A DNA stretch of 64,000 bases from Bugula neritina (taxonomy: Eukaryota; Animalia; Bryozoa), in NCBI GenBank assembly GCA_964035545.1, contig OZ037767.1:29466628-29530627 (forward strand). The letters run 5' to 3'. Shown piece after piece: positions 63,943 through 64,000 of the stretch. Position numbers and translations under genes: made by a program. Position 1 is the stretch's first letter. The number at the start of each line of letters is the position of its first letter. The notes beneath the pieces are model-generated. The model worked only from the letters and a program-made list of their open reading frames with translations. It was not told the origin of the DNA and searched no databases.

Positions 63943-64000
63943 CTAATACAAATTATTTTGAAATACACAGTAATTACACCGGAATCTTATCATTTCCTAT

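Overview
AT-rich, intron-rich eukaryotic DNA, probably from an invertebrate animal; the taxon cannot be determined from the sequence. All genes were reconstructed by hand from GT-AG exons with phase checks. From left to right the window holds: (1) a 14-exon ankyrin/TRP cation-channel gene (-); (2) a galactose-3-O-sulfotransferase-family gene (-); (3) non-autonomous DNA transposons, including a clean hAT element with an 8-bp TSD; (4) two tandem secreted WAP + antistasin genes (+), the second ending in a very Lys-rich tail; (5) a ~20-kb segmentally duplicated region; (6) an intact sigma-like GST (-); (7) the 3' part of a gene with a C-terminal gamma-glutamylcyclotransferase (GGCT)-like domain whose catalytic motifs are altered (-). 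The duplicated region carries five copies of a spliced 40-43 aa microprotein gene (MAEPDNIQQVVDI...) that the ORF track misses, plus a truncated GST copy and a decayed LINE. This microprotein family has a conserved acidic N-terminal exon and a variable C-terminal exon, and lies next to GST and GGCT-like genes. It is the best candidate for an undescribed system, but its function is inference only.
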